NCBI GenBank assembly: GCA_963803435.1
Contig: CAWDML010000003.1
Location: 224,001 to 288,000 of the forward strand
Direction: 5' to 3'
DNA from: an uncultured delta proteobacterium
Lineage (GTDB): Bacteria > Myxococcota > Kuafuiibacteriia > Kuafuiibacteriales > Kuafuiibacteriaceae
DNA: 64,000 nt
How positions within the stretch are numbered: position 1 is the stretch's first letter; each line of letters starts with the position of its first letter. Below, piece after piece: positions 33,469 through 43,525 of the stretch. The notes under the pieces are model-generated. The model worked only from the letters and a program-made list of their open reading frames with translations, was not told the origin of the DNA and searched no databases. Both the position numbers and the translations under genes were made by a program.

Positions 33469-34167
33469 CTACCGCTTGCGCCGCCGGACGAGCAACAGGA
33501 TCGGGAAGAGCAGCAGCGAGGCCGCGTCCTGTCCCCCGAACGCGGCGCATCCGCCGGCCTCGATCGGGAGCGACGCGGGCGAGCGATTACCAGCCAGATC
33601 CATCGCCACCACCGCAAGCCGCAGGTGCTCACCTTCCGACGCCGGCACCGTGAGCGGGGCGTCGCGCGTGACCGCGACATCGCCGCGGGAGCGCTCGGTC
33701 GCGATCAACAGCGCACCCGGCTCCGGCGCCTCGGCGTCGAGGACGATCGATGCGCTCCGGAGGCAGCTCGCCTCCGGATCCGTCGTCTCGGAGCCTTCGA
33801 GCCTGGGCATGGGCGGCCGGAGGTGGTCCGGTCCGAGATCCGTCTGAAACGCGATCGGATCGAAGCCGGGCGCGGCGATGGCGTACGCGTGCGACGGGTC
33901 GAGCTCGGCCGTGGGACGCAGCTCGACCAGGAGACCGTCCCGGAGCGGCGTGGTCAGCTCGACCGTGTCGATCGGTTGGCCGACGGCCAGATCGACGATC
34001 GCCGGCCGGCCGAGGGCGGGCGCCGAGAGGAACTCGAGGAGCCAGACCGCCGTGTTCGTGGGCGCGACCTCGCCGGCCGTCGGGCCCAGCACGCGGAAGC
34101 GCATCTCCTCCGAGCACCCCACGTAGCCGGGGAGGGCGAGCGTCAGGGCGAGCAGCGGAGGCAACAC
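33469..34167 (-). CDS. Exported protein with Ig-like region and MYXO-CTERM-like tail
   Basis: Signal-like N-terminus (VLPPLLALTLALP); ends AGGCAAFGGQDAASLLLFPILLLVRRRKR. Confidence 0.65.
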   Translation of the reverse strand: MLPPLLALTLALPGYVGCSEEMRFRVLGPTAGEVAPTNTAVWLLEFLSAPALGRPAIVDLAVGQPIDTVELTTPLRDGLLVELRPTAELDPSHAYAIAAPGFDPIAFQTDLGPDHLRPPMPRLEGSETTDPEASCLRSASIVLDAEAPEPGALLIATERSRGDVAVTRDAPLTVPASEGEHLRLAVVAMDLAGNRSPASLPIEAGGCAAFGGQDAASLLLFPILLLVRRRKR

Positions 34168-34180
34168 CCGCGACCGTGAT

Positions 34181-34196
34181 TGCAACACGTGCGCCA
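34181..34196 (-). promoter_or_regulatory. sigma54 (-24/-12) promoter for 33469-34167
   Basis: Minus strand TGGCGCACGTGTTGCA = GG-N10-GC. Confidence 0.65.
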
Positions 34197-34285
34197 AGAT
34201 CACGTTAGAAAACGCACTCGGACGCCAGCGAGGATCCGAGATCAGGGCGTCCCGGGCCGACGGATTTCTGAGCCGCAATGCGTTC

Positions 34286-34298
34286 CAACTCATTGAAA
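34286..34298. promoter_or_regulatory. IHF-like site
   Basis: CAACTCATTGAAA is a near match to YAANNNNTTGATW, lying between two sigma54-like promoters. Confidence 0.45.
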
Positions 34299-34315
34299 CA
34301 AAAGGTGATGATCCG

Positions 34316-34331
34316 CGGCGTGTCGCTTGCA
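34316..34331 (+). promoter_or_regulatory. sigma54 (-24/-12) promoter for the porin operon
   Basis: CGGCGTGTCGCTTGCA = GG-N10-GC, ~33 nt upstream of the ATG at 34364. Confidence 0.5.
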
Positions 34332-34363
34332 GTCGGGGTCCGACGAATTCGGGCGCCGCGGGG

Positions 34364-35411
34364 ATGGGGACTCTACACTCGTTCACGGTGCACCGGACGT
34401 CCTGGTTGGTGTTCGTCATGCTGGCGCTCGGACCTCGTACCGCCCACGCGATCTCGCTGATCCCCACGGGGACCGTCGCGGGGCCCCTCGGGCTCGAGGT
34501 CGCCGGCTCGCTCTTCGCGCAGGGGCGAAGCGTTCACGTCTCCGGGGCCGCCGCTGAGACCCAGCTGGCCCTCACCCGGGCCCGGATCTCGGTCGAGCTC
34601 CGCTGGGAAGATCTCCTCCGCATCCAGATCGAGCCGGACTTCGCCGGCGCCGAGGCCGACCTCGCCGACGTCTTCCTTGAGGTGAGGCCGGTCCACGCGC
34701 TCGGCGTCCTGGTCGGGCGCGCCAAGGTTCCCTATGGGCTCTTCGAGCTCGAGCATCGCTGGCGCCTCCCGTCGATCCGGCGCGGCCTGGTCTCGAGCGT
34801 CGTCGCCGACCGCGTCGGCATCGGCAAGCGGCACCTGGGCGTGACGGCCAGCCTGCGCCTCAAGGATGTGCCGCTCCGCCCGGGCCTCGACGCCGGCGCC
34901 TATCGGGACAGCGTGGACGATGACACCACCGACGCCGCGCTTCGCCTCGAGCTGCGGCCGTACTTCAAGGGCTCGGAGCTCTCGTTCGCCGGCTACGCGC
35001 GCGCCGGGATTCGCGGCGGACGGCGGCTACGGCTATGCAGGCTCGGCGGCCTTCGCCTACGATCACCACGCGCTCTATCTGGCGGTCGAGGGCATGCTCT
35101 TGCGGGGCGCGCTCCTCCAGCGCACGGGCGTGGGCGACCACGACGCGACGCTCTCGGCCGGCCGGCTGCTCATCGCCTACGCGATCCGCCTCCAGGGCTT
35201 CTTCCTCCAGCCCTACCTCGGCCTCGAGATCCTGGACCCGAACGCGCGCACCCGGGACGACCTGGGCGGGGCGGTCCGCGGTGGGCTCAATCTGTACTTC
35301 GCCGGCGTGCTGCGGCTCGCGCTCGAGGTCGATCACCAGCGCGGTCAGATCGCGTTCGTCGAGCCGGATCGGACGATCGTCACGGTCTTCCTGGGGGCGT
35401 ATCTGAGATGA
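34364..35411 (+). CDS. Outer-membrane porin, OprO/OprP-like (frameshift at 35008-35012)
   Basis: Signal peptide; LTRARI, IEPDFAG, LADVFL, GRAKVPYG are typical of Porin_O_P; beta-strand C-terminus after one-base repair. Confidence 0.65.
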
Positions 35412-36034
35412 AGCGGGCCGTCCTCCTCGTCATGTGCTCCGGTCTGGTCGCGGCGTGCGGCTCCGAGCCGCCCGATCTCCCCGACGCGGGCGAGTCGCTC
35501 TTCCCGGTCGCCGTCGGCAATCGCTGGGAGTACCGGGTCGAGGACTCCACCGGTGACGTCACCGCCAAGGTCCAGACGATCACCTCGACCCGCGCGGACG
35601 GCTTCCTCTTCCAGACGGTGCGCGGCGATCGCGAGACCTTCTCGGTCCAGCGCATCGACGCCGAGGGCCGCCTGATCCGCGTGTCCGAGTACTCGACCAA
35701 GATCGGCGTGGTCGTCGAGCGGATCACCTTCGTCCCCTACGACGTGCGCGTCGACGTCGACGAGATCGAGGTCGGCGCCAAATACACTCAGACCTACCTC
35801 GAGGATCACGATCCGCTCGACGGCTTCCCGGACGTCGAAAAGACGCAGACGTTCACGGTCGAGTCGATCGACGATCCGGTGAGCGTTCCCGCCGGATCGT
35901 TCCGCGCGATCCGGATCCGCCGCACCACGGCCGGTGGTCCCGCCAAGACCTACTGGTTCGCGAAGGGCGTGGGGAAGCTGAAGGAGGCCGGAGGTCAGCT
36001 GGAAGAGCTCGTCAGCTCGGAGGTCGCCCCATGA
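35408..36034 (+). CDS. Beta-rich lipoprotein (DUF3108-like)
   Basis: LVAAC lipobox; FPVAVGNRWEY, VSVPAGSF, YWFAKGVGKLKE. Confidence 0.75.
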   Translation: MKRAVLLVMCSGLVAACGSEPPDLPDAGESLFPVAVGNRWEYRVEDSTGDVTAKVQTITSTRADGFLFQTVRGDRETFSVQRIDAEGRLIRVSEYSTKIGVVVERITFVPYDVRVDVDEIEVGAKYTQTYLEDHDPLDGFPDVEKTQTFTVESIDDPVSVPAGSFRAIRIRRTTAGGPAKTYWFAKGVGKLKEAGGQLEELVSSEVAP

Positions 36035-38962
36035 GACGCACAGCGTTGGTTTCGCTCTCGCTCTTGCTCGGCTGCAGCGGCGGACCCGACAAGGCCCACC
36101 CCGGCGACGTGTGGATCTCGGAGGTCGCCACTTCGAACCTGGGAGGCGGGCCCGGCACCGCCCGCGACGAGCGCGGGGAGTACGAGGACTGGATCGAGCT
36201 CGAGAACCGGACCGATCGAAGGCTCGATCTGGCCGGCCTGTGGGTCTCCGACTTCGAGGGCAACCCGAGCCGCTACACGCTGCCCGACGAGGGCCCCCTG
36301 GTGATCGAGCCAAAGGCCTTCCTGCTCCTCTATGCCGACGGCGAGACCGACCAGGGGCCGCTCCATCTGCCCTTCAAGCTCTCGAGCGACGGCGAGCCGG
36401 TCCTGATCGGGACGAGCACCGGCGCAGCGATCGATCGGGTCGACGCCCCCAAGATGCGCGCCGGTCAGTCGTACGCGCGGGTCGATGGCGCGCTGGCCGT
36501 CTGTGACACCCCCAGCCCGGGGAGCGCGAACGCGTGCACCGCGCCGCCGCCGCCCACCCGCCACGAGTACGAGCTCTACGATTGGCCGCCGATCTGGCCC
36601 GAGCCGCTGACGACGCCGGTCGTGATCTCCGAGATCGATCCCGGCGCGGGATGGATTCGAGCTCGAGAACCAGAGCGACGCCCCCGTCGATCTGTCCACG
36701 CTCCGCCTGGCCTTCGGCTCCACCGGCGCCCCCGGGCTCCCCGCGCTGTCCCACCCGGTGGCGCTCTCGGGGACGGTCCCGCCCCACAGTCAGGCGAGCT
36801 TCGACGCGCCCGAGCTCGCGCAGAGCGGCCACGTGGCGCTGTTCGGCTCGGACGGCACGGTCTGGGATCGGGAGGTGTACGACGCGATCGCCGCGGGTAC
36901 CGTGCTGGCGCTGCCGCCCGACGGGCGGGGGATCCGGCTGGCGTGCACCAACGCCAGCCGCGACGCCCCCAACCCGGAGTGCACGTTCGCCGAGCGGACG
37001 GGACGCCCCGACGTGCTCCACGTGCTGCGCGCGCCGTCGGACTTCGATGCGATCTCGGAGCACGGAAAGGAGACCACCGCGGGTGCCCGCTCGATCAAGT
37101 TCGTGGTCGATCGGCAGGACGGGAACCAGGTCTACTTCTTCGAGTCGGAGAAGTGGGCGCTCCACTTCGAGTGGATCTGGGAGGCGATCGAGCACAAGGC
37201 GCCTTTCGATCTGTGCGATCCGGCGAGCCGAGCGCTCCACGATCAACAGTGGGTTCAGTTCTCGCAGATCAACTACTTCGCGATCGACCAGAGACGCTTC
37301 TATCTGGGCACCATCCTCTTCTATCCGGAGACGAACCTGTACACGGTCGAGTTCGCGGCGGGTGATCGCATCGCCCCCTGGATGATGCGCGAGGCCTTCT
37401 TCCTGGTGACGGCGCGGCTTCCCCAGGGCCGGGAGTACGCGCTCCGGCCCGTCACGACCCGCCAGGAGACCGCGGCGCTCGAGATCGAAGGGACGCTGCC
37501 GATCATCCCCATCGACCAGCCCTTCGACGGCGTGACCTTCCAGCCCCTCAACCCCGGAGTTGCGTTTGGCGTGCTCGAGCTCGTGAAGGCGGACGAGATC
37601 GACACCGCTCCGGTCTCGTTTCAAACGATCGCGATCCTCGACGAGATCCCGAACGACGTCCCGCCGCTGGGCGGCACCATCACCGAGGCGTTCCAGACCC
37701 CGCTCGCCCACGTGAACGTGCTGGCGCAGAACCGCGGGACGCCGAACATGGCGCTGGTGAACGCCTCGACCGATCCGCGCCTCATGCCGCACCTGGGAGA
37801 GCTGGTCCGCTTCGAGGTGACCGCCAACGGGTTCGACATCCGGTCCGCCACCTCGACCGAGGCCGAGGCCTTCTGGCGGATGCGGCGCGAAGCGACCGGC
37901 ACGTTCGTCCCGCCGGAGGACCTGTCGCCGCACGACCTCGTCGATCTCTCCACGGCCGGCTTCGACGACGTCTCCCGGATCGGCGCCAAGGCGAGCCAGT
38001 ACGCGGAGCTGATGAACCTCGACTGGTTCCGCTCCGCCGGGGGCATCGTCGGGGCTTGCGCGTTCTCGAGGCCCGACGACCACCTGCCCATGCAGCGGCC
38101 GGCCTTCGCCGTACCCTTCAGCCGCTACCGCGAGCACCTGCACGCGCACGGGATCGACGCCAAGATCGACGCGCTCCTGGCCGACGAGGAGGCGCTCGCG
38201 AATCCGGTCCTCCGGCGCGAGAAGCTCGACGAGATCCGCACGCTGATCCGCGACGCGCCGGTGGATCCTGCGCTCCTCTCGGAGCTCGACGGCCTGATCC
38301 GGCAGAACTTCGGCCACGACCGCGTGCGCTTCCGCAGTAGCACGAACGTCGAAGATCTGGCGGGCTTCAACGGCGCCGGTCTCTACACGTCGGCCTCCGG
38401 CCAGGTGGACTCCGACGTCCGTGCGATCGAGGACGCGCTCCGAACCGTCTGGGCGAGCGCATGGAGCTTCCGGGGGTTCGAGGAGCGCGCGCTGTTCGGC
38501 GTCGATCAGCACCACGTCGACATGGGCGTGCTGATCCACCGTGGCTATCCCAGCGAGGAGGCCAACGGCGTCGCCATCAGCCGCAACGTCGTCGATCCTG
38601 GCGGGTTCGGGTACTACATCAACGCGCAGGTCGGTGAGATCAGCGTGGTCAACCCGGTCAGCGGCGATCTGCCGGAGCAGATCCTGTACAAGGCCTACAC
38701 GCCGCCCGAGGTGGTGGTCCTGGCGCGCTCGACCGCCACCGGCGGTGCGCCGGTGCTCCAGGAGGCCGAGATCCATCGCCTGGGCTGCATCCTCCAGGGG
38801 ATCCACAACCACTTCCGGGACCACTACCGCGATGCGATCCCGCCGGAGCGTTTCGCGGCCGACGTGGAGTTCAAGGTCGATGGCCCGGATCGGAGCGTCT
38901 ACGTGAAGCAGGCGAGGCCGTGGATCGAGCACCGGCCGGTCTCGGCCTGCCCGGAGCGCTGA
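36031..38962 (+). CDS. Lipoprotein with two lamin-tail domains, phospho-His swivel motif and PEP/pyruvate-binding (PPDK_N ATP-grasp) domain (frameshift at 36654-36658)
   Basis: LLLGC lipobox; ISEV..N, DWIELEN, HLPFKLSSDGE (LTD); TPLAHVNVLA..RGTPN; GAKA, RSSTNVEDLAGFNGAGLY, DVEFK, KQARP. Confidence 0.8.
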
Positions 38963-38965
38963 GGC

Positions 38966-39784
38966 TCAGCCGATCCGGTACGCCGCCGGCCGCTCGTGCG
39001 AGAGGCAAGGCAGCTTGCGCCGGAAGCCGTGCACGTGCCCGAGGTCGATCTCGGCCACCGCCACGCTCGGCCGATCGGGGCAGACCGCCAGCACCGTGCC
39101 CCAGGGATCGATGATCATCGACCGGCCGAACGTCGCGCGCGCGGGCGTGTTCTGTCCCACCTGACCCGCCGCCAGGACGAACGACTGGTTCTCGATGGCC
39201 CGGGCCCGCAGGAGGACCTCCCAGTGGTCCCGGCCGGTGGGCACGGTGAACGCGGACGGCACGGTCAGAATCTCGGCGCCGGCCCGGAAATACGTGCGGT
39301 AGAGGTCCGGGAACCGAAGATCGTAACAGACGGTCATCCCGATCTTGCCCAGCTCGGTCTCCGCGAGAGTGCCGGCCTCCCCGGGCTCGACGTGCTCCGA
39401 CTCGAGGTGGGTGGCGCCCGGCCCGAGCGCCACGTCGAACAGGTGGATCTTCCGGTACACCGCCGCCCGCCGGCCCTCCGGATCGAACAGCACCGAGGTG
39501 TTGTAGGTGCGATCGTGGCCGGCGATCTCGGGCATGGTCCCAGCGACCAGCCAGATCCCGTGCTGCTTCGCCGCCTCGCCCATGCGCGCGAACGTGGGAC
39601 CGTCCACCGGCTCGGCCAGCCGGCGCTTCTCCATCTCCGTGCCCATGTAGTTGACGTTCTCGGGCAGGACCACCAGGCGTGCGCCCCGTCCGGCGGCCTG
39701 ATCGATCCCTTCGAGCGCGCGCGCGAGCGAAGCCTTGGCGTCCTCCGTGGTGGTGAGCTGGACGACGGCGGCGAGGAAGCTCAT
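38966..39784 (-). CDS. Carbon-nitrogen hydrolase (Nit1/deaminated glutathione amidase type)
   Basis: LPE, YRKIHLFDV, VCYDLRFP, HWEVLLRARAIENQ, SMIIDPWG. Confidence 0.93.
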   Translation of the reverse strand: MSFLAAVVQLTTTEDAKASLARALEGIDQAAGRGARLVVLPENVNYMGTEMEKRRLAEPVDGPTFARMGEAAKQHGIWLVAGTMPEIAGHDRTYNTSVLFDPEGRRAAVYRKIHLFDVALGPGATHLESEHVEPGEAGTLAETELGKIGMTVCYDLRFPDLYRTYFRAGAEILTVPSAFTVPTGRDHWEVLLRARAIENQSFVLAAGQVGQNTPARATFGRSMIIDPWGTVLAVCPDRPSVAVAEIDLGHVHGFRRKLPCLSHERPAAYRIG

Positions 39785-39868
39785 ATCCCTTGCATACAAG
39801 AACTTTCAGGGGGAGACAGCAATCTAATGGCACAGGACGCGCTTTCAGGTAGGGTGGCGGGCTCCAAC

Positions 39869-42800
39869 ATGCCTTTCGAGAAAGTCGATCAGGCGATCCC
39901 GAATTTTCCGCGGCTCGAACGCAAGATCCTCGATCTGTGGAAGTCCCGGGACGTATTCCACCGGAGCCTGGCCGAGACCGAAGGCAAGCCCGAGTTCGTG
40001 TTCTACGAGGGTCCGCCCACGGCGAACGGGCTTCCGCACAACGGCCACGTCCTCACCCGCGTCATCAAGGACCTGTTCCCGCGCTACATGACGATGCGCG
40101 GCTACCACGTCGAGCGGCGGGCCGGTTGGGACACCCACGGTCTCCCGGTCGAGGTGGAGGTGGAGAAGGAGCTCCGCATCTCCGGCAAGGAGGCGATCAT
40201 CCAGTACGGCGTCGATCGCTTCTCCCGGCGCTGCCTGGAGTCGGTCTTCCGCTACCCGAAGGAGTGGGAGCACCTCACCGAGCGCATCGGCTTCTGGGTC
40301 GACCTCGACAAGGCGTACGTCACCTACTACCAGAGCTACGTCGAGTCGGTCTGGTGGGCCCTCGCGCAGCTCTTCGAGAAGGGCCTCCTCTACAAGGGCC
40401 ACAAGGTGGTCTGGTGGTGGGCGCAGGGCGGCACCGCGCTCTCCTCGGGCGAGGTCGGCAACGCCTACAAGAGCGTCGGCGATCCGTCGGTCTTCGTGCG
40501 CTTCCCGCTCGAGGGCGAGGACGCCTCGCTCCTGGTCTGGACCACCACGCCCTGGACTCTGCCCTCGAACATGTTCGCCGCCGTCCACGCCGACTACGAG
40601 TACTCGTACGTGAAGGACGAGGCGCGCGGCCAGGTCCTGGTGGTGGCCTCCGCGCTGGTGGAGTCGCTGTCCGCGAAGTTTGGCCGCCCGCTCACCGAGC
40701 TCTCGAGGGTCAAGGGCAAGGCGCTGATCGGGAAGCGCTACACCCCGCCCTTCGACACCTATCTCCGCGATCACGAGAACGACGCGCGCTACTTCAAGGT
40801 GGTGGCGGGCGACCGCAGCAACACGTCGACCCCCCAGTGGTTCGTCACGCTCGACGCCGGCACCGGCGTCGTCCACATGGCGCCTGCGTTCGGCGACGAC
40901 GACTGGAAAGTCTGGCGCAATTTCAAGCAGAAGGACAACAGCGTCGAGATGTTCTGCGCCGTCCGTCCCGACGGCAAGTTCGACGCGCGCCTGGCCGGCC
41001 TGAGCCTCGAGGGCGTCTGGGTGAAGGACGCCGACAAACCGCTCACCCGCGCGCTCAAGGACAAGGGCCTCCTGGTCCACTCCGAGGTCTACGAGCACGA
41101 ATATCCGTTCTGCTGGCGCGCCGAGAATGACCCCCTGATCCAGTACGCGCGCGAGGCCTGGTTCATCCGCACCACCGCGAAGATCGATCAGGTCATCGAG
41201 AACAACGGCCGCGTGCTGTGGTCGCCCGAGCACATCCGGGACGGCCGTTTCGGCGACTTCCTGGGCGGCAACGTGGACTGGGCCCTCTCCCGCGAGCGCT
41301 TCTGGGGCACGCCGCTCAACATCTGGGAGTGCACCGCGTGCAGCCACTCGGCGGCGCCGGACTCGATCGCGGCGATCGAGAAGCGGAACCCGGAGGCCTT
41401 CGCCCGCTTCCGCCAGGCCCGAGAGCAGGATCCGAACCTCTCCGAGCACCTGATCGTCCACAAGCCGTGGATCGACGAGGTCACCTTCCCCTGCGACGCC
41501 TGCGGCGCCGAGATGCGCCGCGTGCCCGAGGTGATCGACTGCTGGTTCGACTCCGGCTGCATGCCGTTCGCCCAGTTCGGCTATCCGCACCTGCCCGGAA
41601 GCAAGGCCGCCTTCGAGTGCGCCTTCCCCGCCGACTTCATCTCGGAGGCGATCGATCAGACCCGCGGCTGGTTCTACTCGCTGATGATGATCTCGACCCT
41701 GCTGTTCGAGTCGCAGGAGCCGCCGCACCCCTACCGGCGCTGCATCGTGCTCGGCCACGTCTGCGACCAGGAGGGCAAGAAGGAGTCGAAGAAGGCCGGC
41801 AACTACACCCCGCCGGAGGTCATCCTCGACGCCGTCCGCATGGAGTTCGGTGTCCTGGAAGCCCTCGGGGCCCGCTCGCTGCGCGCTTCGCTTGCTGACG
41901 GGGCCCGCTCGGGCGAAGCGCCTGTGGCGGGGACGGTCCTGATCGGACCCGACGACCTGGCGGGTCTCGACCTCAAGGATGGGGCGAAGGTGCTCCTGTA
42001 TCGGCGGGACCACGAGGCCGCGCGGCGATCGGTGACGCTGGTGCGGACCGAGGGGCTGCCGCGCCGGGTGCTGGTGCTGTCGGAGCACGACCGCAGCGAG
42101 CTCGGCCTCAATCTCGCGCCGGCGGACGTCCGGCCGGCGGAGGTGCCGATCCTGCCGCCCGACCAGCGCGTGATGATCGACGTCGACGTCCCGGCGCCGG
42201 GCGCCGACGCCTTCCGCTGGTTCTTCTACGCCTCCAACCCGCCGTGGAACAACACGCGGCACTCGCTCTCGAACGTGCGGCAGCTCCAGAAGGAGATGCC
42301 GATCAAGCTGCGCAACGTCTACTCGTTCTTCGTCACCTACGCGAACATCGACGCGTTCGATCCGGTGAAGGACGAGAAGGTGAAGCGCCCCGTCAAGGAG
42401 CGGGCGGTGCTCGATCGCTGGATCCTCTCCGAGCTGGAGAAGACGAAGCGCGTGGTCGTCGGCCACATGGACGAGTTCCGCTCCTACGAGGCGACGCAGG
42501 CGCTCTCGGAGTTCGTCGAGGGCCTCTCCAACTGGTACGTGCGTCGGTCGCGCGAGCGCTTCTGGGCCGAGGGCCGCGGCGCCGACAAGCTCGACGCCTA
42601 CTGGACGCTCTACCAGTGCCTCCGGGACCTCTCGATCATGCTGGCGCCGTTCCTGCCCTTCGCGGCGGAGGACATGTATCAGAACCTGATCGTGCGCATG
42701 TATGGCGACGGCCACCCGGACAGCGTGCACCTTCGTTCGTACCCCTCGGGCGACGCCTCGCGGATCGACGAGGCGCTCTCCCAGGACATGCGCGACGTCA

Positions 42801-43522
42801 GAAACCTGGTCTCGCTCGGCCTCCAGGTCCGCACCGAGTCCAAGCGCAAGGTCCGCCAGCCCCTCTCCGAGGTGGAGATCGTGCTGTCCGATCCCTCCCG
42901 GCGCCCTGCGCTCGAGTCCTACCTCGGCATCATGCAGGACGAGCTCAACGTGAAGGCGGTGAAGTTCCGGGAGCGGGCCGACGAGTACGTCCACTACAAG
43001 GTGAAGCCGAACTTCGCGCTCCTCGGGAAGCGCCTGGGGAAGAAGATGAAGGCGGTCCAGCGCGAGATCGGGGCCGCCGATCCGAACGCGCTCAAGCGGG
43101 CCCTCGACCAGGCCGGCAAGGTGGCCCTGGCCGTCGACGCCGACGAGGTGGTCCTGACCAAAGACGAGCTCACGGTGGAGGTGGAGGCCAAGCCGGGCTT
43201 CGCGGCCGCCACCGCTCCGGTCGGCGTGGTGGTCCTCGATACGACCCTCACCCCCGAGCTCGAGCGGGAGGGCCTGTTTCGCGAGGTCCTCTCCCGCGTG
43301 CAGAAGCGCCGCAAGGACCTCCAGCTCGACTTCGCGGCCCGCATCAAGCTCCGGCTCGCGGGCGATGCCCAGCTCCTCGAGGTGGTCCGCGAGCGGCAGG
43401 ACCTCCTCAAGAAGGAGACCCTGGCCTCGGAGCTGGTCCTCGGCGGCGCTCCGCTCGGCAAGGACGCCGTCGAGGTTCTCGTCGACGGCCTCGCCCTCAC
43501 CATCGATCTCGCGGAACGCTGA
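39869..43522 (+). CDS. ileS: Isoleucine-tRNA ligase, type 2, with internal insertion
   Basis: FYEGPPTANGLPHNGH, GWDTHGLPVE, WTTTPWTLPSN, DWALSRERFWG, WFDSG, DQTRGWF, KESKK; DUF5915-like C-terminus. Confidence 0.95.
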   Translation: MPFEKVDQAIPNFPRLERKILDLWKSRDVFHRSLAETEGKPEFVFYEGPPTANGLPHNGHVLTRVIKDLFPRYMTMRGYHVERRAGWDTHGLPVEVEVEKELRISGKEAIIQYGVDRFSRRCLESVFRYPKEWEHLTERIGFWVDLDKAYVTYYQSYVESVWWALAQLFEKGLLYKGHKVVWWWAQGGTALSSGEVGNAYKSVGDPSVFVRFPLEGEDASLLVWTTTPWTLPSNMFAAVHADYEYSYVKDEARGQVLVVASALVESLSAKFGRPLTELSRVKGKALIGKRYTPPFDTYLRDHENDARYFKVVAGDRSNTSTPQWFVTLDAGTGVVHMAPAFGDDDWKVWRNFKQKDNSVEMFCAVRPDGKFDARLAGLSLEGVWVKDADKPLTRALKDKGLLVHSEVYEHEYPFCWRAENDPLIQYAREAWFIRTTAKIDQVIENNGRVLWSPEHIRDGRFGDFLGGNVDWALSRERFWGTPLNIWECTACSHSAAPDSIAAIEKRNPEAFARFRQAREQDPNLSEHLIVHKPWIDEVTFPCDACGAEMRRVPEVIDCWFDSGCMPFAQFGYPHLPGSKAAFECAFPADFISEAIDQTRGWFYSLMMISTLLFESQEPPHPYRRCIVLGHVCDQEGKKESKKAGNYTPPEVILDAVRMEFGVLEALGARSLRASLADGARSGEAPVAGTVLIGPDDLAGLDLKDGAKVLLYRRDHEAARRSVTLVRTEGLPRRVLVLSEHDRSELGLNLAPADVRPAEVPILPPDQRVMIDVDVPAPGADAFRWFFYASNPPWNNTRHSLSNVRQLQKEMPIKLRNVYSFFVTYANIDAFDPVKDEKVKRPVKERAVLDRWILSELEKTKRVVVGHMDEFRSYEATQALSEFVEGLSNWYVRRSRERFWAEGRGADKLDAYWTLYQCLRDLSIMLAPFLPFAAEDMYQNLIVRMYGDGHPDSVHLRSYPSGDASRIDEALSQDMRDVRNLVSLGLQVRTESKRKVRQPLSEVEIVLSDPSRRPALESYLGIMQDELNVKAVKFRERADEYVHYKVKPNFALLGKRLGKKMKAVQREIGAADPNALKRALDQAGKVALAVDADEVVLTKDELTVEVEAKPGFAAATAPVGVVVLDTTLTPELEREGLFREVLSRVQKRRKDLQLDFAARIKLRLAGDAQLLEVVRERQDLLKKETLASELVLGGAPLGKDAVEVLVDGLALTIDLAER
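41866..41911 (-). repeat. In-frame REP-like insert in ileS bracketed by a 13-bp direct repeat
   Basis: CGGGGCCCGCTCG at 41866-41878 and 41899-41911 (33 nt apart); core matches 27970-27992. Confidence 0.7.
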
Positions 43523-43525
43523 CCC

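Noticed and set aside
38996-39868. Apparent N-terminal extension of IleRS
   Set aside because: Overlaps the minus-strand carbon-nitrogen hydrolase; IleRS-like sequence begins at the ATG at 39869
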